Shown here: in pieces, positions 30,659 through 39,260 of the stretch
Position numbering within the stretch: position 1 is the first letter of the stretch
How the letters are laid out: every line of letters starts with the position of its first letter
Assembly (NCBI GenBank): GCA_026993265.1
Contig: JALWTY010000226.1
Span: 1-43,649 of the forward strand
Reading direction: 5' to 3'
DNA from: Desulfobacterales bacterium
GTDB taxonomy: Bacteria; Desulfobacterota; Desulfobulbia; Desulfobulbales; JAJRZW01
DNA length: 43,649 nucleotides
The notes under the pieces: model-generated
What the model saw: only the letters and a program-made list of their open reading frames with translations
Database searches by the model: none
Told to the model about the DNA's origin: nothing
Position numbers and translations under genes: made by a program

Positions 30659-31480
30659 TTCCACCTCCGGCGCCCACAGGCTGTAAAGCTTGTTCTTGTC
30701 GGTGCGCTGCTGGCACAACAGCCGCTCGGCAAGATTAAGCGCCCTTTGCAACCCTTTCCGTCTCTCTGCAGGAACTCTCTCGATCTTGCGGCCTACGTCA
30801 CGGTACACACGCCCAAGAATCGTGCGCAGCTTCTTGACTTCACGATGACCTCGCTTAGCCTGACGGGCATGGAAATAACGACCGGCCCGCATGACCGTGC
30901 GAGGGCCGATTCTGGAATAACTCTGGCGCAGCGATATGCCTGCCTTGCGGCTTAGCCTCACCAAGATCTCACGAGCGTGATTGTAAAGTCTGGCGTCCGT
31001 AGGATGACTGATTGCCTTGGGCTGCACGGTAGTGTCAACGCTCACCCTTTCCAGGCTGGACTCCCTTACAGCCTTGACCTTCAACCCGGCGCGAACCGTC
31101 GCCGCAAGGATAGCCTCGGCTCCTTCCTCACCTATCCGCTTGCGCCAACGGCTCAACGAGGAGGGGTTGATGGGAAGCTCATGCTGAAAGAACTCCTCTC
31201 CGCAGAAATACTGCCAGTACGGATTCTCAACCCAACGGGACACAACCTCCTCATCGGATAGGCCAAAAGCGTACTCGAGATAACTCAGGCCGACCATCAG
31301 CCGGATGGGGATCGCGGGGCGGCCCTTTTCGGAATAGTGGCGCCCAAAATGTTCTTCCAGGAAATCCCAGTCAACGACCTCTGCGAGCCGACAAAGCTCA
31401 TGCCTCATGTTCAAAATATTGCCCAGGCGATCGCGAAACAGATGATCCTGGCCACCGTTTTTCTTCGTCCGTGGTCGCAT
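30659..31480 (-). pseudogene. IS5-family transposase, N-terminal fragment (DUF772-type domain)
   Basis: The sequence MRPRTKKNGGQDHLFRDRL...GRPAIPIRLMVGLSYLEYAFGLSDEEV...VDTTVQPKAISHPTDARL ends ...LYSLWAPEVE. It then runs straight into the TGA of the IS3 terminus. Confidence 0.85.
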
Positions 31481-31592
31481 GTGAAATCACCAGAAATTGA
31501 AGGGTAACAGTGCAATATCCTGCAATTTACGGTGATATGGATTTAATATATTTATCAATAATTTCCAAGCGTTATTTGTTTTTCAGGGGCGA

Positions 31593-32726
31593 CTAACTAG
31601 GCTGTGCTATTCGTAGAGCCTGCACAATCTTTAAGCTGGCCATGCCGTCCCCATAAGGATTTTTGGCCATTGTCATTTCTTGATATGCCGAATCATTATC
31701 AAGCAATCTTGCTGACTCACTCACAATCCTTTCCCTATCTGTACCAACAAGGATGACTGTACCTGCCTCGACTGCCTCCGGACGTTCGGTCGTATCGCGC
31801 AGCACAAGAACAGGTTTACCCAACGACGGTGCCTCTTCCTGTACCCCACCAGAATCGCTGAGAATGAACCGGCAACGATCCATCAGATAAACAAACTTGG
31901 GATAGTCAAGAGGGTCGATTAAAGAAATAGCCGTATTATCCCCCAACATCTGATGCACTGTATCGAAGACCATCGGATTTAAATGCACCGGATAGACAAT
32001 ATGGACATCCCCTCGTCGGGATATAATTTTGAGCGCCTCGCATATCCGATAGAAACCCGCGCCAAAATTTTCCCGTCGATGTCCGGTAACCAGCAACAGA
32101 TGTTTGTCATCGGGAATAAATGAAAAAAAGGCGGCAAGTTCGCGTTGCATATCCGCATTCGCCGCGATACGCCGCCGGACATCCAAAAGGGCATCGATAA
32201 CCGTATTGCCGGTTACCACCACCTTGTCCGCCGCCACATTTTCCGCTAACAAATTTTGCCGTGCCTGTTCTGTCGGGGCAAAATGCAGCCGCGCAATCGT
32301 GCCAGCTAGTTTCCGATTCATCTCTTCAGGCCAAGGTGAATATATATCACCGGTACGAAGACCCGCCTCAACATGGGCAACACGCACCTTTTGATAAAAA
32401 GCGGCCAGAGATGCTGCAAAAGTAGTAGTTGTATCCCCATGCACCAACACCCAATCAGGACGCGCATCCCTAAGCACCCCGGCCATCCCCTCTATCACCC
32501 TGCAGGTTATGTCGGTAAGACTCTGGCCCTTCTGCATGATATCAAGGTCGTAATCTGGAACAATTGAAAAAAGCCCAAGAATCTGGTCCAACATTTCCCG
32601 ATGTTGCGCGGTAACACATACCTTCGAAACGAAATCATGAGAGTCAGTCAAGGCCCGCAGTACTGGGGCCATTTTAATTGCTTCGGGCCGTGTTCCAAAG
32701 ACGCTAAGCACCCGTATCCGGCTCAC
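31593..32726 (-). CDS. wecB: UDP-N-acetylglucosamine 2-epimerase (non-hydrolysing)
   Basis: 377 aa. Motifs: [70 protein letters not shown] start overlaps the upstream stop (GTGA). The stop (CTA 31593-31595 on the plus strand) includes the last base of the IS end. Confidence 0.92.
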   Translation of the reverse strand: MSRIRVLSVFGTRPEAIKMAPVLRALTDSHDFVSKVCVTAQHREMLDQILGLFSIVPDYDLDIMQKGQSLTDITCRVIEGMAGVLRDARPDWVLVHGDTTTTFAASLAAFYQKVRVAHVEAGLRTGDIYSPWPEEMNRKLAGTIARLHFAPTEQARQNLLAENVAADKVVVTGNTVIDALLDVRRRIAANADMQRELAAFFSFIPDDKHLLLVTGHRRENFGAGFYRICEALKIISRRGDVHIVYPVHLNPMVFDTVHQMLGDNTAISLIDPLDYPKFVYLMDRCRFILSDSGGVQEEAPSLGKPVLVLRDTTERPEAVEAGTVILVGTDRERIVSESARLLDNDSAYQEMTMAKNPYGDGMASLKIVQALRIAQPS

Positions 32727-33493
32727 CGCGATTCTCCCCTTTGCAACACAGGCACATATCCATTATTGAGAACATGTTGCACACAACGCGCATAATCCTT
32801 GGACCGGTCCTGGCTGCTTATTGCCACTTTGTCTATGCCTAACTCGCCCTTAACTGATCCCCACAGGGATCTGTCACCCTCCGGGTGCGGGGGACACCCC
32901 ACTTTAATTCCATGATTAGCCAACATGGCACAAAAATGGATATCCTCTCCAAAATCTCTGCAAATCGGTTCAGCATCCCAAAAGAAAGGTGCCCATTCCC
33001 GTCTGAAGAACCAGCTATGGCCAACCAGATCTACATATTCAAATTGTTCATTCATTCCCTCCCACCCCATACGCGGGGTCTCGGTTTCAACACGCTGGCC
33101 TGAAACGGACAAATACCGCAGACCAATGGTCCCACACATAACTTTTTTGTCATCTACATAATGCAGGCAATTTTCAAACCATCTCTCACCTGGCATGGTA
33201 TCATCATCAAAAATACACACATAATCACCCTCAAGACAGGCCGCCAAAGTAAACCTTGGAATAACACCGAAGTTAAAATCACATATTATCTTCTTTACGT
33301 ATTTAGAATTCCTGAATTCAACCATTTGTTTTCGCTCAAAAAAAAACAATTTCCTGGGCGGCGCATTATACCAAAGTACAATCTCTTGAGGTCTGACAGA
33401 CTGTTCTAAAATTCTCTCAACCTGCTCCTCAAGCAATTGAGGCCGCTGCCATGCTGTCAACACAACAGAAATCTTGGCGTCCAAATCCATCAC
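32723..33493 (-). CDS. glycosyltransferase, GT-A fold (family-2-like)
   Basis: 256 aa. N-terminal [25 protein letters not shown] and acidic motif CIFDDDTMP are consistent with a GT-A nucleotide-sugar transferase. Lies in the low-GC segment. The family call is tentative. Confidence 0.55.
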   Translation of the reverse strand: MMDLDAKISVVLTAWQRPQLLEEQVERILEQSVRPQEIVLWYNAPPRKLFFFERKQMVEFRNSKYVKKIICDFNFGVIPRFTLAACLEGDYVCIFDDDTMPGERWFENCLHYVDDKKVMCGTIGLRYLSVSGQRVETETPRMGWEGMNEQFEYVDLVGHSWFFRREWAPFFWDAEPICRDFGEDIHFCAMLANHGIKVGCPPHPEGDRSLWGSVKGELGIDKVAISSQDRSKDYARCVQHVLNNGYVPVLQRGESR

Positions 33494-33500
33494 CCTTTCA

Positions 33501-34688
33501 TCATAATTTTTCTGTCAACGGCAAAAATCCACTCAAAGCGGAATTAAAAGCTCTCCTAGAACATTTCCTTGCATAAGAGACAGCCTGATCCTGATCCCAG
33601 ATGGACAGAGTCCTGATAGCATCACTCATCGCATTTCGCAATGCTGCGGCATTCCCGGATCGAAACAGGATTCCGAGGCCATGTTCACTAACCCTGCGGG
33701 CCAAAAGCCCCTCATCCGAGGCCAGGGCCATCTTCCCCGCCGCTGCGGCCCGGGACAGGACCCCGCTTGAGCCAAAATGCCGGACATAAGGCAACAAGAC
33801 CACATCACAGGCCGCAAAACATAACTCCTCCTCCCGTTTATCCACATAACGATTCAGCACCATCCCCCGGCCTTGCTTTTCTATTGCTGCCAGCCCATTA
33901 CGGATCTCCTGATCGTCGGCAAGTGCCCCGGCACAAAGAAGAAAATAGCTGTCAGGCAAATCGCCGCCAAGCATCGCTTCTATGACCAAATGTATTCCTT
34001 TTCGCCTAGTGCCTATACCAAAAAAAAGAAAAACGTGACGATGATCAGGAATCCCTAGGACACGACAGGCCTGGTCCCGATCTCCGCCAAAGTTGCCGTC
34101 CCATACATCGGGGAGAAAGTGAAAATTGCAGGAAGGCCATTTATGCCCTGCAGGGCCAACGAAATATTCGTCAAGGAGAAAGATATGGTTGAACCATCCC
34201 CCGGCACACAGGCGTGAAAAACCTATATGCTTGATCAAATTCCCCGGCGGACGCAAGAGAGATGACATGAAACGGGGACGAAAATATATCCCGCTTAAAC
34301 GCCCTTTTAGTTTCTCCGGCGGGAAGACGGCCATCGCAGCCCTGCGCAACATGGACGAGGCAACTTCATCGAAGTTGTTCATAAACAATTGTTCCGCGCC
34401 ACTCTCCTCCAGACACGCGGCGAGCGAGGCTATTTTACTCCCCCCCCGAAATTTTCCCCGATCGTCATAGACAGACACGATCTTGGTTCGTTTGAGGATA
34501 TGGGGGATATGGCATTCATAAATCTCACGGCTTCCCTGTCGCAAATCCACGGCCAAGCTAAGATCAACGCCTGCATCCAAAAAAAATTCGGCAACATACC
34601 GTAACCAGGAAAGGTGGTGCCCGCCAATACGGGGGTCATAAAGTAAAACCGAAGCAACGACCTGGTCTTGATTACAGCATTCAGTCAT
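33501..34688 (-). CDS. glycosyltransferase, GT-B fold (family 1/4-like)
   Basis: 395 aa. The C-terminal half has VFLFFGIGTRRKGIHLVIEAM and VVLLPYVRHFGSSGVLSRAAAAGKMALASDEG, a GT1/GT4-type donor-binding region. The start overlaps the upstream GT2 stop by 8 nt. Confidence 0.65.
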   Translation of the reverse strand: MTECCNQDQVVASVLLYDPRIGGHHLSWLRYVAEFFLDAGVDLSLAVDLRQGSREIYECHIPHILKRTKIVSVYDDRGKFRGGSKIASLAACLEESGAEQLFMNNFDEVASSMLRRAAMAVFPPEKLKGRLSGIYFRPRFMSSLLRPPGNLIKHIGFSRLCAGGWFNHIFLLDEYFVGPAGHKWPSCNFHFLPDVWDGNFGGDRDQACRVLGIPDHRHVFLFFGIGTRRKGIHLVIEAMLGGDLPDSYFLLCAGALADDQEIRNGLAAIEKQGRGMVLNRYVDKREEELCFAACDVVLLPYVRHFGSSGVLSRAAAAGKMALASDEGLLARRVSEHGLGILFRSGNAAALRNAMSDAIRTLSIWDQDQAVSYARKCSRRAFNSALSGFLPLTEKL

Positions 34689-35454
34689 CGGGCAGCTGTC
34701 CCTGCCAATCGTTCATCTCTTTGAGCTTGGCGTACTTGAAAAACTGGTTGACCGCGTCGCTCACCGCCACCACCAGGCCCTGGCCGCCGTCGAGGAAACC
34801 GGCCCGGAAGACGTAGTCGTGGAAGAAGACCCAGGCGGCGCGGGCAAAGGCCCCGGCCGTCCCGCACCTGCGGCCGCGGGCCTGCATCTCGGCCGCGCCG
34901 ATGGAGGAGTAGCGGTTGACCTTGTCCAGGGTGTGGGCCAGATCGCGGTTGGTCAAGTGGATTATCGGGGCGGCGATGTCGCCGACCGGGCCGTCCACCT
35001 CAAGGGATTCGTGCACCTGGTGGGGGCTCATCCGCGCCCGGCCGCGGCGGAAGAGCCGCACCACCCGGTCGGGCCACCAGCCCATCCGTCTGATCCAGCG
35101 GCCGGAGAAGATGTTCTTCCGCGGCAGACGGTAGGCGTCAAAGCGGGGCGAGGCGATCACCCCGGCAATCGCGGCCGCGGTCTCCGGCGCGAGCCGCTCG
35201 TCGGCGTCGAGCACCAGAATCCACTCCTGGGAACACTGGTCGATGGCGAACTGTTTCTGGGCCCCGAAGCCGCGCCACGGCTCGTCGAACACCCGGGCCC
35301 CGGCCTCCCGGGCGATCACGGCCGTGCGGTCGCTGCTGCCGGAATCAACCACCACCACCTCGGCGGCAAAGGCGACGCTCGCCAGGCAGTCCGGCAGGCG
35401 GTCCTCCTCGTTGAAGGCGATTATGGCAACGGAAAGCGGTATCTTTTCGTCCAA
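34681..35454 (-). CDS. glycosyltransferase family 2 (LPS-core WaaE/KdtX-like)
   Basis: LSVAIIAFNEEDRLPDCLASV, VVVVDSGSSDRT and ILVLDADERL (DxD) motifs. TTG start 35454 with GGAGGAG 9 nt upstream. High-GC, host-like composition. Confidence 0.8.
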   Translation of the reverse strand: MDEKIPLSVAIIAFNEEDRLPDCLASVAFAAEVVVVDSGSSDRTAVIAREAGARVFDEPWRGFGAQKQFAIDQCSQEWILVLDADERLAPETAAAIAGVIASPRFDAYRLPRKNIFSGRWIRRMGWWPDRVVRLFRRGRARMSPHQVHESLEVDGPVGDIAAPIIHLTNRDLAHTLDKVNRYSSIGAAEMQARGRRCGTAGAFARAAWVFFHDYVFRAGFLDGGQGLVVAVSDAVNQFFKYAKLKEMNDWQGQLPDD

Positions 35455-35625
35455 AGGTCATCTCCTCCAAAGGAGTTCACCACAGAAACCACATTTACCA
35501 GCCAAAGTCAACCTGCGGCACCATCCCCCTTTTCCCCTCGCCCAACCCGGGGGCGTGTGCTATGATTACGTCCGGCGCTCAAAAAAAGACAAACCCTTGA
35601 ATATCAAATAGTTACAAGACACAAA

Positions 35626-38600
35626 ATGGCCAGCGACCCCCCTACCCCAAAAGACACCCGGGAAGCCTCCCCGCCCCATTCCCCCTTTGTCCACCTGCAC
35701 GTCCACTCGCAGTACTCGCTCCTTGACGGCGCGATCAAGCTGGACGCCCTGATAAAGCGCACCGCGGAATACGGCATGGACGCGGTGGCCCTCACCGACC
35801 ACGGGGCCATGTACGGGGCGCTCGAGTTCTATCTCAAGGCGCAGAAAGCCGGAATCAAGCCCATCGTCGGCTGCGAGTTCTATGTCGCCCCCCACGGCCG
35901 CGCCAACCGCGACCCCAAAAAGAAGCCCGGCAACCTCCATCTCGTGCTTCTGGCCATGGACCACACCGGCTACAAGAACCTCATGCGGCTCGCCACCATC
36001 GCCCAGCTCGAAGGTTTCTACTACAAGCCCAGGATCGACATGGAGGTGATCCGGGAGCACAACCGGGGGCTGATCGCCATGACAGCCTGCCTCGGCGGCA
36101 TGGTTCCGTATTACCTGAGCAACGAAGGCATCGACCGGGCCGAGGCCGAGGCCCTGAAACTGCGGGATATCTTCGGCGACCGCCTCTACCTCGAGCTGCA
36201 GGAGAACGGCATTGAAAAACAGGCCCTGGTGAACGACGGCCTCAAGGAGATAAGCAGCCGCACCGGCATTCCCCTCGTGGCCACCAACGACTGCCACTAC
36301 CTCGACCGGGAGGACGCCGAGGCCCACGAGGTTCTGCTCTGCATCCAGACCGGAGTGACCATCGACGCCGAGAAACGGTTCAAATTCGATTCCGACGAAC
36401 TCTACTTCAAGCCGCCGGCGGTGATGGCCGAACAGTTCGCCCACTCCCCCGAGGCCCTGGCCGCAACCCGGGAGATCGCCGACCGCTGCAACCTCGAGAT
36501 CGAGACGGGCAAGTCATACTTTCCCAGATTCCCGGTGGAAGAGGGGGAAACCCTGGAATCGATGTTCGAGTCCGCCTGCCGCCGGGGGCTTACGGAACGG
36601 TTCGAGGAGATCCGCAAGAATACCGAGCTCACCCCGCAGAAGAAAAAGGAGTACGAAAAACGGCTCGAATACGAGATCGGGGTCATCAAGGAAATGGGCT
36701 TTTCCGGCTATTTCCTCATCGTTGCCGACTTCATCAACTGGGCCAAGAACAACGGGGTGCCGGTAGGGCCGGGCCGTGGTTCGGGCGCGGGCAGCCTGGC
36801 CGCCTACTGCATGCGCATCACCGATCTCGATCCCATCCCCTACGGCCTGCTCTTTGAACGCTTCCTCAACGTCGAACGCATCAGCATGCCCGATTTCGAC
36901 GTGGACTTCTGCCAGGAGAAACGGGGGCTGGTGCTGGAGTACGTGCAGAGGAAATACGGCCATCCAGACTACCCGCAGGTGGCCCAGATCATCACCTACG
37001 GCACCATGAAGGCCAGGGGAGTCATCCGCGACGTGGGGCGGGCGCTTGGCTTCAGTTTCCAGGAGACCGACCGGATCGCGAAGATGGTCCCCAACGAACT
37101 CAAGATGACCCTGGAGAAGGCGCTCGAGCAGGAACCCAAACTGAAAGAGGCGAGAAGGGACGAGCGGATCGACAGGCTCATCCGCATCTCCACAGCCCTC
37201 GAGGGGCTGGCCCGCCACACCTCCACCCATGCCGCGGGCGTGGTCATCTCTCCCGGCCCCATGTACGACTTCCTCCCCCTGACCAAGGGGCCCAAGGGCG
37301 AACTTCTCACCCAGTACGACATGGTCCACACCGAAAAGACCGGGCTGATCAAGTTCGACTTCCTGGGGCTCAAGACCCTGACCGTGATCGAAAAGGCCCT
37401 GGATCTGATCGAGGCCGACGTCGGCGAGCGCCCCGACCTGCGCACCCTGCCCATGGACGACCTCAAGACCTTTGACCTCCTCTGCCGTGGCGACACCCTC
37501 GGGGTCTTCCAGCTGGAAAGCTCGGGCATGCGCAACCTGCTTGTCAAGATGAAGCCCGAGGCCTTCACCGACCTCATTGCGCTCGTGGCCCTCTACCGCC
37601 CCGGCCCGCTCGATTCCGGCATGGTGGACGACTACGTGGAGACCAAGCACGGCCGCAAGAAGCCCCACTATCCCCTGCCGCAGCTCGAACCCATCCTCAA
37701 GGAGACCTACGGGGTCATCGTCTACCAGGAACAGGTGATGAAGATCGCAAGCGTCCTCGCGGGCTACTCCCTCGGCCAGGCCGACATCCTCCGCCGGGCC
37801 ATGGGCAAGAAAAAGGCCGAGGTCATGGCCGAGCAGAAGGCCTCGTTCGTAGAGGGCTGCGTGAAAAACGGGGTCCCGGAGGACAAGGCCGAGTACATCT
37901 TCGACCTGATCGCCAAGTTCGCAGGCTACGGCTTCAACAAGTCCCATTCCGCCGCCTACGCCCTGATCGCCTACCACACCGCCTGGCTGAAAGCTCACTA
38001 TCCGGCCCAATTCATGGCCGCGCTGCTCTCCTGCGACATCAACGACACCGACAAGGTGGTGCGTTACATCCACGAATGCGAGGCCCACGAAATCGAGGTG
38101 CTGCCGCCCGACATCAACGAGAGCGACCGCGACTTCACCGTGGTGAAGAACCGCATCCGCATCGGCCTTGGCGCGATAAAGAACGTGGGAGACACCGCGC
38201 TCGAGCTGATAATCAGGGAGAGGAAAGAGAACGGTCCATACCGTTCCTTTGAGGACTTCTGCTGCCGTCTCGACTCGAGCAAGGTCAACCGCCGGGTGAT
38301 CGAAAACCTGATAAAGGCCGGCGCCTTCGACTCCACCGGCGCGCGCCGCTCCCAGCTCATGGCGGTGATAGACCAGGCCCTGGAGCAGGCCCAGGCGGCC
38401 CAGCGGGACCGGATGAGCGGCCAGCAGTCCCTCTTCGGCATGCTGCCGCAGGAACAGGCCGCCGAGATCTCCGCCCTGAACCTGCCGGACATCCCGGAGT
38501 GGAACCGGCTGGAGAAACTCGCCCATGAAAAGGAGACCATCGGACTCTACCTCTCCGGCCATCCGCTGAACGAGTACCAGGACGAGATCCGCTGCGTGGC

Positions 38601-39252
38601 CAGCACCGGCATAAACGATATCAGCAACCACCTGGGCGGCGCGGTCAGGGTGGTGGGCATGGTGGCGGCCAGGAAGGTCATCACCACCAAGAAAAAAGGC
38701 GAACGCATGGCCTTCATCACCATCAGCGACACCCACGGCGCCGCCGAGGTCATCGTCTTCTCACGCCTGTTCGCCGAGTGCGAACATCTGCTCGACACCG
38801 AGGGTGCCCTGGTGGTCGAAGGCACGGTGGAACTGGACGAACGCAAGGGAGACGGCGGCGGCGATGAACAGCAGGAACAGAAGTTCAAGATAATCGCCCG
38901 CGAGATCATGCCGCTGGAAGGCGCGCCGAGCCGCTACTGCGACGAGGTGAGGCTCAGGATACCGGCCGACGGCGTCACCCGCCGCCGCCTGGAAGCGTTC
39001 AAGGAAGAGCTGTTCGCCTGCCACGGCCCGTGCCCGATCGAGCTGACTATCCACTTCGACGGCCGCGGCGAGGTGGACATAATGCCCAGGGACGACCTGA
39101 CCGTGACCCCCGGCGCGGATTTCAATGAAAAGGTCAGAAAGATATTCCCCGAGGCCGCGATCTCGGTGAGGGTAAGACCGCCCGCCCCGCCAGAGGCGAA
39201 AAACGGCCGGGAGGCATGGCGCAGAAAAAAGGAAGAGGAAGCCCCGGCCTGA
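35626..39252 (+). CDS. dnaE: DNA polymerase III alpha subunit
   Basis: 1208 aa. PHP domain FVHLHVHSQYSLLDGA, polymerase core (GPGRGSGAGSLAAYCMRITDLDP, PDFDVDF, GLIKFDFLGL, YQEQVM, FNKSHSAAYA), and an OB-fold region near the C-terminus. Confidence 0.95.
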   Translation: MASDPPTPKDTREASPPHSPFVHLHVHSQYSLLDGAIKLDALIKRTAEYGMDAVALTDHGAMYGALEFYLKAQKAGIKPIVGCEFYVAPHGRANRDPKKKPGNLHLVLLAMDHTGYKNLMRLATIAQLEGFYYKPRIDMEVIREHNRGLIAMTACLGGMVPYYLSNEGIDRAEAEALKLRDIFGDRLYLELQENGIEKQALVNDGLKEISSRTGIPLVATNDCHYLDREDAEAHEVLLCIQTGVTIDAEKRFKFDSDELYFKPPAVMAEQFAHSPEALAATREIADRCNLEIETGKSYFPRFPVEEGETLESMFESACRRGLTERFEEIRKNTELTPQKKKEYEKRLEYEIGVIKEMGFSGYFLIVADFINWAKNNGVPVGPGRGSGAGSLAAYCMRITDLDPIPYGLLFERFLNVERISMPDFDVDFCQEKRGLVLEYVQRKYGHPDYPQVAQIITYGTMKARGVIRDVGRALGFSFQETDRIAKMVPNELKMTLEKALEQEPKLKEARRDERIDRLIRISTALEGLARHTSTHAAGVVISPGPMYDFLPLTKGPKGELLTQYDMVHTEKTGLIKFDFLGLKTLTVIEKALDLIEADVGERPDLRTLPMDDLKTFDLLCRGDTLGVFQLESSGMRNLLVKMKPEAFTDLIALVALYRPGPLDSGMVDDYVETKHGRKKPHYPLPQLEPILKETYGVIVYQEQVMKIASVLAGYSLGQADILRRAMGKKKAEVMAEQKASFVEGCVKNGVPEDKAEYIFDLIAKFAGYGFNKSHSAAYALIAYHTAWLKAHYPAQFMAALLSCDINDTDKVVRYIHECEAHEIEVLPPDINESDRDFTVVKNRIRIGLGAIKNVGDTALELIIRERKENGPYRSFEDFCCRLDSSKVNRRVIENLIKAGAFDSTGARRSQLMAVIDQALEQAQAAQRDRMSGQQSLFGMLPQEQAAEISALNLPDIPEWNRLEKLAHEKETIGLYLSGHPLNEYQDEIRCVASTGINDISNHLGGAVRVVGMVAARKVITTKKKGERMAFITISDTHGAAEVIVFSRLFAECEHLLDTEGALVVEGTVELDERKGDGGGDEQQEQKFKIIAREIMPLEGAPSRYCDEVRLRIPADGVTRRRLEAFKEELFACHGPCPIELTIHFDGRGEVDIMPRDDLTVTPGADFNEKVRKIFPEAAISVRVRPPAPPEAKNGREAWRRKKEEEAPA

Positions 39253-39260
39253 GCCCGGCG

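Larger units (their letters stand above)
28840..31593 (-). mobile_element. IS5-family insertion sequence (about 1495 bp without its passenger), inactivated by an IS3-family insertion
   Basis: The terminal inverted repeats GTCGTCCCTGAAAAA (28840-28854) and TTTTTCAGGGGCGAC (31579-31593) match at 14 of 15 positions. If the flanking TTAG/CTAA is counted, the match extends to 28837/31596. The element carries both halves of a DDE transposase with DUF772-type N-terminus. The putative target duplication is TA. Confidence 0.8.

Noticed and set aside
36514-38736. 740-aa minus-strand ORF inside dnaE. Similar long antisense ORFs occur at 4674..6110, 6817..8082, 15481..17025, 10385..11881, 39480..40886 and 42090..43226.
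   Set aside because: All are antisense or out-of-frame shadows of genes with strong motif support. They show no recognisable motifs and have biased GC-driven composition.
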